Counted from the stretch's first letter, positions 25,735 through 39,979 are shown. The stretch: DNA of 64,000 nt from Rhina ancylostomus (GCA_030265395.1 JARFYF010000112.1:19150880-19214879), one strand, 5' to 3'. Notes: generated by a model from the letters alone, not told the origin. Numbers and translations are program-made.

Positions 25735-26030
25735 CACAGCCTCATCTCTCCCTCTCTGTAACCCGCTCTATCCCTGTGATTCTTTGAGCTACCAGGACTC
25801 CTCCAATTCCACAGGCACTAACTGCAAATGTCCTATGTTTTAGAATTTCGTCCATCATCTTTACCACTTCACTTTAAGTTGCTCTGCAAAACCTATCCCT
25901 TTGACCTTGGCTTTGACCTTCTCTTCTTTTTGGTGTGACTCACCAACAGTTTTTGTTTGAGAACGTATCTATGGATCACCTTGAGACATTCTGTTACGTT
26001 AAAAGCTCTGAGCAACTACACATAATTGAG
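25735..26030 (+). mobile_element. L2-like LINE 3' end, decayed
   Basis: aaaacctatccctttgacc...ccttgagacattctgttacgttaaaagctctg matches the L2/Deu-SINE tail; similar remnants at 43720-43980, 45110-45355 and 58520-58610. Confidence 0.55.
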
Positions 26031-27714
26031 ATCTGTTTCTTGGGAAACCACCTTGGAATGTGGTAAAAATGTGACAAGGTGTTAAATAAGTACATTGTTC
26101 TTCTTTTGTAAGAAGACTTGAGTCTGAAAGTTTCTTGTCCCCCAAACACTGGCAGTTCCTCAGGAAAGTATATTCAAAAGTACATTTGTTTCATTTCTGT
26201 TGAGAAATCCAGGCTTAGATTATATAAATTTGACAAGTAAACTGCATTACTCTGAGGTGCATTTACATTCTAACTAGACCCTTAGTAGAGATTCAGTTTC
26301 TTGATTTCATGCAACATACCATTAAGCTGTTGAGAAATGCAGCATTCTCCTATTCTATTCTTTCAGATATCTCAGTTTGAGTACCAATTGCCATTGCAGA
26401 TTTCATCTGAAAGTGGTGTAATTAAAAGCAGACACAGAATATAGTGATAAGCATTTTATTGTGTTACAATCCAAAATATTTTGTTGGTTTGGCCACTTAG
26501 AAAGGGGTTTACATCAACTGTGTAAATGTCAATCCTCATCGGGATGGCAAGTTTCTGGTAGTATTTTCATTCACGTCATGCAGTCTCAGTCTTTCCAAAA
26601 CTCATTTGGAGCATAGAACACAAAACAGTGAGATTAATTGAGAAACCTATGTTTTCAGCTCCACCATTTTCATTGCAGATTTTGTTTTTGCGCAACAGTG
26701 AACAGCACCAGGGATAAGGAGAACTAGATAGGTTGGGATTGACATTAATATTTTATTCCCTACCATTCTTATCATTACACAATCAGTGGTTGACTGGATC
26801 TGAATATTTGTCCACAAATCAAATACTCACCCCTATAATTCTCCCCCCTTGTCTGAGTTGTTGACTCCAATTTTGAAATGGTCTTGGGATGCAGCAGTAC
26901 CACCTCACCAGGCTTGGGTAATGAACGTCCATAGGCTACTCAGCTGTGTGTGTTATGATGGTGAAAGGATGTCCTGCACTCACTTGGCATGCACCAGCAG
27001 AGGTCACTGGCATGATCTCAGTTCAAAGCATTTAACATCCCAACTGCTGCTCTTGTCAAGATCAACAAGCTCACTAATACTTTATGAACAGTCATTGAAT
27101 ACATCCAGTGCTACTTTATTTTTGTTATTGCTGAGTGGACTTGGCTGAATTGGATTTTTAATTTTTAATAATTCTGAAGATAAAATCAATGACTGTATAA
27201 CTATTAAAAGTGTTTTATAATCACAAAACAAAGTACTAAACAGTTAATATGCATAAGCCAATAGTATAAAACTTACCTGCTTTTGAATCATTGTGTTTAT
27301 TTGGCAGTGCTGGCTACCTGCTGCTTGGCTCTTGAGGCCATAATGCTCAGTGACTCTTATGGGAAGCTGTGATTCTTGAGCTGTTGCTGAGCCTCAGAAG
27401 TTTGGGCCCTCAGCTCTGAGAAGCAACACCAGAAGTAGGTGATTCACATCCTAACATTCGTCTTTGAGAGTAACCTGAGCTATGCCAGGAAAATTGCCCT
27501 TATTGCTGCAAGGATTCACATTGCCATTGTGCAGCAACCAAAGCAGTTTTGTCAAGGCCGCCATCTCTCTGAGCACAGGAGGCTGTGTGTCACTGAGCTG
27601 ACCTGAGAACCAATGGGCCCATAGTCTCCTCAGTTGTCTACTATGTTTTAAAAGCTAGTCAGTTTATGAACGTATCTCAATTATTAATGGTTTGTCATTC
27701 TCCGTGTTTCTCTT

Positions 27715-27995
27715 AATTTATTTTTTGGGATCTGGGCATCACTGGCAAGGGTAGGATTTATTGCTCATTTGTAATTACCCTTGAAAAGGTGGGGTTGAGC
27801 CACATTCTTAAACTGCTGCATTTCTTCTTGTGAGAGTACTCCCCACAGAGCTTTCATATGGGGAATTCAGAATTCGGACCATCCTAGATCCATACTAGCT
27901 ACAGGATATCCAGTTTCTGACCTGCTCTTGTAGCCACATATGATTTGGCTGTTTGACTTTCTGGTCAAGTGGTGACCCTCAGAATGTTGATGGTG
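27715..27995 (-). mobile_element. 3' end of the LINE family seen at 880-1597
   Basis: gggatctgggcatcactggcaagg..atttattgctc..taattacccttgaaaaggtgg is the reverse complement of its tail. Confidence 0.7.
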
Positions 27996-28434
27996 GGTTA
28001 CATTTCATACACAAGGTGAAAATCAGAATTTATGGACATTTATTGATTAACAGAAGTATCACATCTGCCAAGCCTGTTAATGAGAAACTAAAATGCAGTG
28101 ACATACTACCAATGCCCGCTTCATACTGTTCATTGTTGTGCTGTCCTTTGACTCAGTCTTCATGTCAGATCCACACTGGGTATATCTTCTGCTGAGATCC
28201 ACATGGATCTGATGGTGGATATGCCTGCAGTCGAGTAATTCCTGAGTGGAAGCAGTTGTGCAAACCTTCAGCAGAGTTCAGTGGCAAGCTCTTGTGCTGC
28301 CTGGTACGACTGAAACTGCTGCAGATTTCCCAGCTCTCGAGCCTGCTTAACCTGTATGATTCACCTGGTTCAAGTGTAGTAGGCTTTTAACCTGGATGGG
28401 GGCAGTCAACTGCTGGGAGGAAATTTAAACCTTT

Positions 28435-28545
28435 CATTTCAAGTTTATTGTCACAGGCATTGCATACACTGGGTATAAATGCCATGAAAATTAGCTTTTT
28501 GCAGCAACACAGTATATTATAAACATGACAAACATAAGTCAACAT
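28435..28545 (-). mobile_element. Rex/Babar-like 3' tail
   Basis: ttcaagtttattgtca...gccatgaaaattagctttttgcagca. Confidence 0.5.
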
Positions 28546-29459
28546 AAATTTAAATTAACATTAATCAAAGCTCATTGCAGTATTTTAATTTTATTGCATG
28601 GATGTTAGTTTTAATAGCATCTTTTTTTAAAAGTTTAACTAGTCCTGAGTGATTTTGAAAGTTTGACTAAGTGAGGGGCCTTGCCCCCTGTCAGAACCAT
28701 TCTGTTGGCACTTGCATGGGGGGACCCTTCGCTACACCTTGCCTTTTGCTGATGAGCTGGGCCTGGGCTCCAAGTGGAAGCTTGAAACTGGGACCCTGCT
28801 GGTAGAAACAGAGTGTTCAAACGCAGACCACCAGCGATTACAAGGCAATGGACAGTTCACTATTTTAAAACTGATCCGCAGTAAGATGCAGCCAGTACCT
28901 GGCATCCTGAGGTGTATTTGGACTGAATTTTGAAACTATCACAATGTTGAAGTATATGTGAGGTGATTGGTCATGATAAAAATTCAAAATCAATGCTTTT
29001 CTGGAGAATAGTAATCTTAAATGAACCCCTGGGAATTAGTATCTTTCAGTCCATGCATTTGTATTTTCAGGCCCTTTTTATTCCATCTGGAATTTTTAAA
29101 ATACAGTGTTCAGTTAATGATTTATAGGGTTATTTCAGAAGGAAGTGAACTGTCCTTGAATAAGGTCAAGAGAAAACAACATTGTTAGACCACTTGCTGT
29201 TGCCTAAATAACTGCAGTTAAATCTTATTGTGTAGAGGATGATTGTGCTTGTGTCAGGCCAGTTCCACAAATAAACAGTGGGGATAGATATAAGTGGTTA
29301 CAATCTACTGCCATTTAGCATTGCTAGATGTTATCAGTACATTATACATTTTCTGCAGCAGTGTGCGACTGATATTTAGCATTCCAAATTTAGTTTCCTA
29401 AACAGCCTAATGCTGTCTTCCTGTGGCTCTATCTGTTGCGTCTACTTTACTTGCTGTAC

Positions 29460-29720
29460 TTAGTGGTTGTGATCTGGGTTCGATCTTGACCTCGGGTGCT
29501 GTCTCTGTGGACTTTCCATGGTCTCCCTTTGACTGTGTGGGTTTCCCTCTGAAGCTGCAGTGGTTTCCAAACAGTGTGCTGATTGGAATGTTAATTGGTT
29601 ACTACAAGTTACCCCTAATCAGGATGAAGTTGATGCGCGTGTGAGAGATGGAATTTCTTTTGTTACACTGCATGGGCTCTGGGCTAAATGGCCTCCTATT
29701 ATGCTTTATGAAAATATGAG
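29460..29720 (+). mobile_element. HE1-like V-SINE
   Basis: ctgggttcgatcttgacctcgggtgctgtctctgtggac..tgactgtgtgggtttccc..gggctaaatggcctcc. Confidence 0.75.
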
Positions 29721-30079
29721 AAATTAACGTGAATAAAAACAGTACAATTTTTTTAAAAGTAAAATGTGAGCTCTATTATTTTCTTCAGTTAATGAGCTGC
29801 TAATGAAAATAAAGGCCTGTAAGTGGGGTATAAGGGAAAACAGTCACTCTTAATCCTAATTAAGTAAGAAAAGCTGAGTTTGTAATTAGTCTTGAGTGGC
29901 TCGGTGGACCTTACCTAGAACCTCTTTCAGTTTAGGATTTTTCCTTTTAATATGGTTATGATGAGGGAGAAACTTCTTGTACAGAAAATTGTTGGGAAAA
30001 CAAAAAATTACCTATTTTTTTTTGACTGGTAACTAGGGGTATAGTCAATCATTCTTAATTATAACTAAAGTAAAATCCA

Positions 30080-30490
30080 TTTGGTAAAGTGTCAAACTGA
30101 GGCTGCCTTCTCAATTGGACATAAGATCCCAAAATATCATTTCATAGAAGGAAGTTAAACCAGCCAGGCCAATATTTGGTCCACAACCAACATCACAATG
30201 AAACAGAATGTTATGTCCTCATGTGACATCTCTCTGTGATTTTTTTTGTTGTGCATCAGTTAATTTCTTTGCTTCTCAGATTTCAGTGGAGACCAAATCT
30301 CAAAAGTGTGGTCTCAGATCTAGTCTTCTTTCTTTCCGATTTCTGATGAAGATAAAGATGTTTGTTATTCCATTGGTGTTGCCCAACCTGCTGTTTCCAA
30401 CATTTTCTGTTTTTGTATCTCAAAAGTAGTTAATTGGCTATCATGGGCTTTGCACCATTGCTGTGAATGGTGCTATGTAAATGCAAATAT
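30080..30490 (+). mobile_element. SacSINE1-like SINE with a Penelope-type fragment (about 30330-30420) inside
   Basis: Deu core ccaggccaatatttggtccacaaccaacatcac; tail gctgtgaatggtgctatgtaaatgcaa; interrupted by ttctgatgaag...ccaacattttctgttttt. Confidence 0.6.
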
Positions 30491-32769
30491 TTTTCTTTGT
30501 GTTGACTTATGGAGAAAGTGTGCAACTTTTCAGGTTGCTGTAATGTTCACATCAGCAGCTTAGAATTTTTGCTGGAATCTCATTTATAAGCAAACTATCT
30601 CTGAATCTCTTTTTGCATCTTCTTAACCTGAGGCATTTCCCTTTTTGGAAAGGAGCCATTTCTGTTTTATGGAAGCTTTCAAGGTTCCACAGAAATAGCA
30701 AAAATATCATCACAAAAGCTATTTTCTCTTTTGAAATTTAGAGTCATTTAACATACATCATAATTGTAAGGAATTTGTTGTTTAAACACAGTCAAAGTAC
30801 TTGAGACTGTCGGAAGCAGTACTATTGGTCCCAGGGTTGGATTTATGCCAAACTCATTCTTGCACATTGTCAAACTCTCAGTTTTCTGACACTGTTAATC
30901 AGTTGAAGGACAGTTTGTATGTAATCATGTGAAAGGTTGTCAGACCAAAAGGGATGGAATTGTTTGGAATGCAGTTTGATTCTAATATATTTCATTACTA
31001 ATATATTCATTTTAGAGACTTGCAAAGTATATTTTAATACATAATATACTTTGACTACATAAATTGTTCACTCCTGTTTAATTTAAAGCATTATGGAATT
31101 ATCCAGAAGTGCAAAGTAGACTGCAAGAGAGGATTTTTAAATATGGTTTGAATTGTTCAGTAATTTTGGTAAGTCAAATTAAGTGACTGAATGACTAGGA
31201 GCAGTCTGCACATACCCATCATCTTAGAACCACAGAACTCTGGAAGGAACTTTGAAAATAACTTTGAATCAAAGTTTCAGTTGTATTCTGAATGACTAGC
31301 AGAAAGGACTCCCCCAAATCAATAGGGTTTAGTCCATGTTTTGCAGTGCTTTTTTGACCTCCTTTGGGATTAATTGACCTCCTTTTGTTGATTAATAGCT
31401 TATTCTTGATTGTTATCCAGGAATTTTCACTGCATATTGTGCGTATAGACATCAGGTGCTGACAGGACCAGTTCCCAAAATCAATAGGTCCACTATCAGT
31501 GATTTACTAGGCTCATGCTTAAGAAATGGCTGCTTGGAAACACATAGCGTAAAAAGCATTTGTGGAACTCCATATTAATCCAAAATAATTTTTCAAATGA
31601 AGGAGGAAAAAATTGAATGGGGGTTGGGGGCAATGATGGGGGAAGGAAATGGCTTTATCAACTTTCCATGTCTGAAGAAGCTGAGAAGTAACTTGTAATG
31701 GAATTACTGGTGTCACCAGCTTCAGTCTTGAAACTGAATAAGCATTCACTCAACTCCACCCTCACAGTAAAGCTCAACACAGTCTACACTTACTAGTACA
31801 TAAGTGGAGCTGCTACTATGAGCAATACTAATATTAGAGAGGCATAAATGTTATTGTTAGAGTTTTGAAACTTGCCTCCACCAATATTTTGATTAAAATA
31901 TATTCTCACTCTTGGTTTCTGCTCCAGCTTTCTCCTTCAAAAGCTTTTTTGCATTTGTTGGATTCTATCTAGGACCAAGAATTGAAAAATCTGTACTATA
32001 TTAAATGTCCCTCCTACCCCTTTAATTTCCATTAACACAATCATAAAGATCATTATAAACTCAATGGCAATGAAATCTTCCAACTCACAAGCACTTAAGT
32101 GCAATTCTAAGTTAATTAATAATGTAAATGTTTGAAATACCTTGAAGATTTAACTTTTTCAGAATAGACATTGTGTTGCATGACATTAGATTAATAAGGT
32201 GTCAGATGACCAGTAGAGCATCTATTAGAAACAAGAATATACTTTGTAGCAAGACAAGCTGGCGGCATTGAGTGAAACAAACCTTGTATTACTTAAGAAA
32301 CCTTGCACATGGCATAATGCAAACTATTCATGACACATCTAGGTAGAGATGCCTAGAGTAGTTGAACTCAATTCATTACATCATTATGGTCTCTAAGGAT
32401 GTTCTGGGAAGTGAAACTGGAAACCACCAGCATTTGCAGCCAAAACATCACGAATGAAGCACAAAAACTTGAATTGGATTTGCCTTATTGGGAATTGACT
32501 GTACAAACACAAATTGCTGCTTTGCATCAGATAATGAATACATTTTTATATACAGTATTTCTAACTTGAAAAGAAACCTTTTACATAATATAGTATTTGT
32601 AAGTACATTGCTGGTTGATATTTCTAAATGTTAATGTCAATGCATTGAACACCTACCTCTAAATTTCATTCCATTGTAGTCAATGACATTCGTACCTCCC
32701 AACTTTAACCAAGGGGGCACATCAATGTTTACTTTCATGGATGGGGATATTGTTGGCTGNNNNNNNNNN

Positions 32770-33010
32770 AAATTAAGTGGTTTACCAGGCCACTTCAGAG
32801 GGAGCAGAAGTTGCATGCAAGCCAGACAGGGCAGTGTAAGCAGATTCCCTTCCTCAAAGGCCATAAATAAACTGGGCAAGATTTTAAAGCAATCTGCTTA
32901 TTTTGCAGTCCCCGTTACTGATGCCAGATTTCAGATTTCCTAAATTAACAATTTAAATCTCCTATCTGCCACATATTTGAATTTTGTATGTGACATTTAC
33001 CAGTAATATT
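32770..33010 (-). mobile_element. tRNA-derived SINE (family of 3610-3935)
   Basis: ggccacttcagagg...gcagattcccttcctcaaaggccat... Confidence 0.6.
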
Positions 33011-33253
33011 AAAATGTGTTTATATCTCGAGTATTTGTTCATGTGAAAGTGATTTTTTTTTGTATCTGTATAGTGCAATTAATATTTTTAAAGTTCTTAA
33101 TTTTTTTTTTAGTTAATGTCTTCTCCTAATACATTTCCCTTAAGGAATAAATAATGGAGCTTCATCATTCCAAAGATGCCTAGTCTGCAGAACTTGTTTT
33201 GATTGGATGAACTTTGTGATGCTGCATTTTTATTTTGGTTTGTTCCCATATAG

Positions 33254-33275
33254 GAAGCTTCCACAAATACTAAAG
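33254..33275 (+). other. Candidate 22-nt micro-exon
   Basis: ttttattttggtttgttcccatatag|GAAGCTTCCACAAATACTAAAG|gtgagt: good acceptor and consensus donor; no homology recognised. Confidence 0.25.
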
Positions 33276-33589
33276 GTGAGTGGTTTTGCTGAAGTACTTG
33301 TAGCTTGCTGATCAGGTTCAGGGATCATAGAATCACTTCACTGGATAATATGCAGGGATGTCAAACATCTGACAAAGGAAACAAACCACCTCCAGTGTTA
33401 ATTTATAGGGACTGAAGCACTGACACCTTAAAGAACTATCAGAGTGGAGTTGGTCATTCAAGTGAGCACCAAGGATATGGAAGGAAGTACTTAATTAGAG
33501 TGCTGAATCAATAGACTCATGTCAGCTGGTATCAAATACACTATGACCTTTGATATAAAATACTTTGTTGAAAGTCAGAAATAAGTATA

Positions 33590-33735
33590 AAATGCTGGAA
33601 ATCTGAAGTAAAATCAGAAAAGGCTGGAAACACTCTGCAGGTCAGGTAGTATATATGAAAAGAGAAACAGCGTTAATGTTTCAGGATTTAGACTGGTTGA
33701 AGGGTCTTCATCCTGAAATGTTAACTCTAATTCTC
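33590..33735. mobile_element. Penelope-type palindromic element remnant
   Basis: aatgctggaaatctga..ggctggaaacactctgcaggtcagg..gttaatgtttcagga...tgaagggtcttcatcctgaaatgttaac. Confidence 0.65.
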
Positions 33736-35971
33736 ACCAATCAGTGCCATGCAAGCTGCGAAACAGCAAATGATTTGAAAAACGTCCCATACTGATTTTT
33801 AAAAAAATTCTACCTTTTTAGTTTCTGCAGTGTTGAACTGTTCACTTACAGATTTGCTCAGTTGTATCTCAGCTCTTTTTGGCATGTCAGTGTATCACCA
33901 TGGTTANNNNNNNNNNNNNNNNNTCCCCAGCAACTTGGTGGTGATGCACAGGCTACATTCAGATGGGTAAAATCAGTCATCTTTACACCCATCAGAGTTT
34001 ACTGCCATTTCATTTATCACTAAATTTTCCAGCTGCTTGTGTTCCAAGATGTTCACCAGCAATATAATGAAATTTTCCATTTTAAAGCTCCAGCTTCCAT
34101 TTTGTTCCCTGTCAATATACTTTTCTGGTAACCTTGATTCCATTCCATAAATGCCAGCCCACAAAACTCCTGAAGTGCTGAGAATTCCAAACAAGATTCC
34201 AGTTTTTTTTTAAGACCTGGAAGCCAGCTTGAATAAATGTTGATAACCAAAGCTGTCACTTCAAGCCGACTGAACTCCTTTGTACTGCAGTTCAGGATTT
34301 AAAAAAAATTAAGTATACCTTGGGTTGGGTAGTTTATTTCAGTACTGTATCCAGAAATTTGGCCAGCCACTTCCCAGTTTGCACGTGGAGCACTGTTTCC
34401 CAACTAGACCTGCACCAGATTACACCATTCTCGATGCTAAATTCCCTTTGGAACATTATGGAGGAAATCAGGCTCTGTTGTCCCAGGAACAAATACGGTT
34501 GGTCACTCCTGGGTTTTTACAGTGCAACTTGAATGGGATTTAAATAACTGCTACCCGGTCCATTAAACCACAGTTTGCATTTGTGCAGTTATTTTATTTA
34601 AGGCAACAATGTGCTTCGGAGGTCCTGGATTCACTGCTGCTGCCTAACATTTGTATGCAAATCAGCTGTTATCAGAATTTGAAAATCTACGATGAGGCTT
34701 TCTGACTTAGATTGCCATCTTCCCTGGTTTTCTTTTAATGAGACTACTCAAGAAATTTCAAAGTGATTCAGCAGCAAGGACAAAGAAAATGGGCAGAGAT
34801 CAGAAGATAAATTAAGCCTTACTCAAGGGGTTTTATGAGTAGCAGAAGGTTTTGTTACAATCGTAGGACTGATTTTTAACTTGCAGTGTGTTGCACTGCT
34901 CCAGAGATCATAGACTCGAGCAGCTCTGGAGATGGTCATTTGGCCCGTCCAGCCTAGTCTGGCACTTGTGCAAAGAACATGGTTGAAGGAAGGAGATTCT
35001 TTGATTAAAGTCAGAGCAATGTTTCTAAGTGAAGCAAGTCAGTTCCTTTTACTGCAGGTTTGAAACTATTAAGTAAATATACAAGTACAAATAGAGCTCA
35101 GCAGCAACTCTGCACACCATTTCTAAGCCTATCACAAGGCAAAAAGAATGTGTAGGATAATGTTACAAAACATGTCCTAAAAGCAGTCTGAAACTTGCAT
35201 ATTACTTTTCAGGGACAGCCCACATTGCCACAAAGCTGTATCTGAGCAAGTCTGGGGTATATTATTTCCAGAAGAGAACTATGTTAAAATTCTTGGTAAA
35301 CTAAGTCTGCACCCAAATCATACAGCTGTCAGCACGGTACTGCACATGATGACATAGACAGAAATTGGAGCCACACTAAGAAGTGTGCACTCAGTATGAT
35401 CAACTGTAATTGTATTTGATTTGTATTGAGGGCATTAACACTGTGTGGTTTCTTTCACTTAATGTTCTGTCTCATAAATACATTTGCAGGTATCACCTTT
35501 CTGTGTAACATTCTTTCACAGCTTGTGATGTACTAAAGTTGAAGGTGGAGTTCATATTTTCTGACAAGATAAACTGAGTTCCAGTGTGAGATTCTCAGCC
35601 TGTGTTTTATTCTTTGGAATTAAAAGCTGAAGTGAAAACTTTTGTTTCTGGAAAAAATATATATAGCTTGTTCGTTCAATTTGTTCCCTTCTCCAGAGGC
35701 AGCTGACTGAGGTTCACAGGTTATGCTACAGAAGAAGTTCATCCTGTCTCTCAAGTCCCTACTAGCTCTGTGTAAGAGCAATTCAGCTGATCCTGCTCCC
35801 TTGCTCTCTCCCCTTTACCCTGCTGCAACATAACTCCAAGTTGGCTGATAATGGTTTAGCCAAGTGGCCATTCTTCATGTGCAAGTCTAGACCTAACCGC
35901 TGGTAGGCTCTTCACCACTCACCAGCATAAGATCATTACTTGCATGCTCACTTTGTGGGCTTCATATTTTA

Positions 35972-36175
35972 GAGACTGTAGATGTTGGAATCCAGAGCAG
36001 CAACACAATCCGCTGGAGGAACTCAGCAGGTCGGGCAGCATTGTTGGGGGGAAATGAAGAAATTCCCAATGTTTTGGGTCAATTCTAATGCAGGGTTATG
36101 ACCTGAAATGTTGACGACTCCTTTTCCTTCCACAGATGCTGCTCAACCCGCTGAGTTCCTTCACATTTTGTTTTC
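35972..36175. mobile_element. Penelope-type palindromic element remnant
   Basis: Arms ggaactcagcaggtcgggcagcat / atgctgctcaacccgctgagttcc; core ctaatgcagggttatgacctgaaatgttgac. Confidence 0.7.
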
Positions 36176-37319
36176 CTTAATCTAGGAATGCTGAAGCCAA
36201 ATGTGGAGTAACTCACTCAGCACAGATCAAGGATTGACTGTTGGATTCTTCCCATCTGGATTAGTATTGCACGGATTTGTTAACTAAACCATTGGAGTTG
36301 TTCTCCTTCACCTCTGAAGGAAATGCTGTGTAAATAAGTGTGTGTGTGTTAACCAAGTTAATAACAACAATCAAGAATTCATCTATTGTAAAGGTCAATT
36401 GGCTTCTAAATTAGTCTTGATAAATTGTTTCCTCCAACCATCTCCCCACACCTCATCAAACAAATTTTCTCCACCTCTGTCTCATCTGCCTCTTTCTACT
36501 TCCATCTGTACTTCCATCTGTGATTCTCCTCCCCTCTCTGATGCCTCTGTCCCATTTCATTTCTAGAATCTGTTTTCTCCTCTACAAGAGCCCCACCTTC
36601 TTACTTTGCTTGACCCAAATACTGCATAGTCGGTTTTGACTCTCTGCTTGCAATACTGTGCAAGTTTGATTGTTATTTGAAAATAACATTGTTTTAATAT
36701 CCTGGCATTACTTAGAGCAGCCATTTTTATATGCCACATACTGTTGCTGTAAGTCTGCTTGCTGCGGTGGTTAATTTCCCCGACTCTGTTGCATTTACAA
36801 GATTCTAACATCATTACAGGAACAGGATTGCAATTGCGCGCGGAAGTGATAGGCACTCCTTCACACGGCATTAGGTCAGTCCTATGCTGCTCATAGCTTC
36901 CCCTGGGATATCAACTCAGAAACTCCTTCAACATTCCAGTGTTGTGTAGGCTTGCTTAGCAGATTTGTTGTGTGCCAGCCAAATCCTTTGTAGCTACTGT
37001 CTGAAAAGGAAGTGGCTGGTGGTGCTTGAAATACATTTACTTTTCTGCCTGAGGTGAAGCAAGATAGCTGACTTCAAAGGAATCCATACAGTAAAGCTGT
37101 CAGTTTTTCTCTGTGATCTTTCTGGACAAAAGACAGAGGCCATGTCAATATAGGTGCAATCACATGAACCCAGATGTTGATATCTATATTTTAATGCACA
37201 GAAACAGTCTTGCAATAGAGAGACTATGTAGAAAAAATGCCACAAAAATGCATTCAATCCCTTGTTTTAGGAACTTAATACAGCAGGATGAAAAAGACTA
37301 CGTCCATCATTTAAAAAAA

Positions 37320-37635
37320 ATTCATTTGCAGATGTGGGTATCCTGAGCAAGGCTAGCATTTATTGTTCTTGAGAGGGAGCTACCACCTTGAACTGCTGCT
37401 ATTCAAAGCATAGAAGTTTGATGTGGTTGAACAACTTGCTGGACCATTTCAGGTGGCAGACTGCTGTGGGTCTGAAGTTGCATATAGTGCAGACTGAGTA
37501 AGGGCAGCAGATTTCTTTCACTGAAGGACATGAGTGAACCAGGTGGATATTTAGACCATTGATGACCAAGTTATTTAATTTACTGAATCCCTTCAGTGCC
37601 TTGGTTGGGTTTTAACACTCATTACTGGATTATTT
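37320..37635 (-). mobile_element. tRNA-derived SINE (family of 3610-3935)
   Basis: gatgtgggtatcc..caaggctagcatttattg...gcagatttctttcactgaaggacatgagtgaaccagg. Confidence 0.7.
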
Positions 37636-39062
37636 CCTGCTGCAGGTGGTGAGGTCCAAAGCTCTGGTACTACTGAACATTGCAGTTTTTGGCAACGAGA
37701 GTGTGCTGCCTGGGACAGAGGACAGTTCTGAGGGGTGGGTGGAGTGGAGGAAGGGGCTGGGGCCAGCTCAGGTCAGCGATTGGGTGAGCAGCTGATGGTT
37801 GGGGGCCATGAAGAAGCAGGTGAAGATTGGTGACCCCCATTGGATTGGGCACTACAGAGGGGAAATCAGTGGGTAGTGCCTGGAGTGATTGGGTAAAGAT
37901 TGGTGGGTACCATGGTGTCAGCTGGTGGAACTGAAGGATAAAAGTATGGAAGTTACATTATCAGAAGCAGGACTAATCCTCTCTGTGCAGACCTGTTTTA
38001 TCCCGGGAATGATCAGCAATGGCAGCCACGAGGATAACATGATTTAATGTCCCATATAAAGCTCCAAAGGACCGTTGCCAGGGGAATGATGTCAATTGAT
38101 GCACGATTGACATAAAAATTGTGTCAGTCNNNNNNNNNNNNNNNNNNNNNNNNNNNNNNNNNNNNNNNNNNNNNNNNNNNNNNNNNNNNNNNNNNNNNNN
38201 NNNNNNNNNNNNNNNNNNNNNNNNNNNNNCAGTCCTGCTTGCAAGACTTGCATCAGAATGCACCCAGTCAAATATCTGGAGTTATGCACAATGAACATAA
38301 TATTGCTTTTGACTCTGTGGGGAGAACATTTCAAACATGTAATGTTCAAGTAAGCAGCACAATATGGTTTAATTTCCAGGCCTTGTTTGTAACTGAAAAG
38401 AGGAAGGGTACAAACTATATAACTCCTTTAAATGGATGGACACTGGTGCATAAGAGCTGCTCATGGGACCATTTGAGAGTGGGTTTCATTATGACCTCAG
38501 CCATTCATCTGGGAAGTATTACTTGAGTGAGGGAAGATTCATTTTCTGGGATAAAAGACATGTTTATTGTTGATTTTTGGGGGGTTTATTTCAACCTTTG
38601 ACACTAGTGTGCAATAGGACATTGATCATTCAACTTGTCTGATTTTGCTCCTCTGAAGCCAGAGATTAGATAAATTAGTAAGCAGTCTTTGGGCAATTCC
38701 TTAGTTATCAATAAAATAAAAAAATTTGGAAGAGAAAGAAGATAAATGGAGAATAAGCTGTCTTATGCAAAGCTACTGGATAATGTTCAAGGTCCATCCA
38801 GAAGTGAGAGAAGTATTTGCAGGATACAAAGTTAACTAACTTTAGGAAGTGAAAAGAACAAAGTTTATAGAACTGGTGAGTTTTAAACATCCAATTGTGA
38901 ATGTTTTGCATTTAAATGTACTTCTGCATAGTGAGCTTGACTGCAGTGACTGGAGTTTGATCCTTTACCACTTGTATGGGGAATAACACAAATGAGGCAT
39001 GTTAGTTGTTATACTTCATGCCAAAGAAATGAAAAGTTAGCCAAATTTTTCAACTGAGTTCT

Positions 39063-39120
39063 TCTGGCACTCACCAGCAGTGCACATTGGGCAGTCTGGC
39101 ACTCACCAGCAGTGCCCATT
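39063..39120 (+). repeat. 32-bp tandem duplication (1.8 copies)
   Basis: tctggcactcaccagcagtgcacattgggcag followed by tctggcactcaccagcagtgcccatt. Confidence 0.9.
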
Positions 39121-39979
39121 AGCTCATCACGTAGCCCGGACTCTCGGGTATCTGAATGTCATTAAGTTCAGAAAATTCTAGAAATGTCAAACCAGAAAAT
39201 CTTGCACAAGTCTAAATCTGTTGTAGCCAATGTAAACAATATAATTAATAGACAAGGTCTTATTTATACCAGCGCTGGTAGAAACTAGGAGAGTTTCCAG
39301 TTTCTGGTTGAATTTCTTTCAGTCTGGATTCTACTCCTGGTCAATGTACCCACCTGTGCCATGTAAGGAATGGCTTGGAACCTTCCTTGCTTGTCCCAAA
39401 GTATCTGGTAATTTGTGAATGTTACCAGTTCTTTGGGGACTGTGGGATAAACTGTTAAATAAATAGTAAACTCTATTCTGCAAGCCAGTGACCGCTGAGG
39501 CCTAATGGGAGTCATTACTTCAGAAGCAATTGTTACTGGTGTTTCACAGTCAGCTAAATGCCAAAGTTTCTAGTTATGGATACAGGGCTCATCATTAGCC
39601 TCAACAAGTGCAGCATTTCATATTGTTCTTGGAAGGGATGTTAATTGGAAGGTTCAACAATTTGGACTTTCGTTGTTGTGTGCAATTATTGTTTTAAAAA
39701 TAAATTGGGTTCTTTGATTAGGAAAGTGCAAGTTATGAATTTTCAGCTACACATTTAATCATCTTTTCATCCCTACTTGAATCTCAGACCCAGCTATCAT
39801 TGCTGTGTTAAATGCACAGTATGAATGGAAGCAGCTTGCACCATGAAGTATGACTGGTTTTATTCAATCTTCACTTTCCTGTCTATCAGTTTTGAAGGAA
39901 AATGGTGTGGTGAACAAGTCAGCAAAATATGGTTGGTCTGTAATGAGATCGGCCTGGTATTACTGAATGTGTCACTTTT

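Noticed and set aside
27271-27415. Minus-strand exon-like segment with a perfect CAG|GTAAGT donor
   Set aside because: Stops in all three frames from the best acceptor; a non-coding exon cannot be supported from sequence alone.
28740-28815. CTGATGAG...GAAAC...GTA hammerhead-like spacing
   Set aside because: Stem II is out of register with the core and stem I pairs poorly; probably chance.
29470-29500. tRNA B-box-like GGTTCGATC (and similar motifs elsewhere)
   Set aside because: SINE heads, not cloverleaf tRNA genes.
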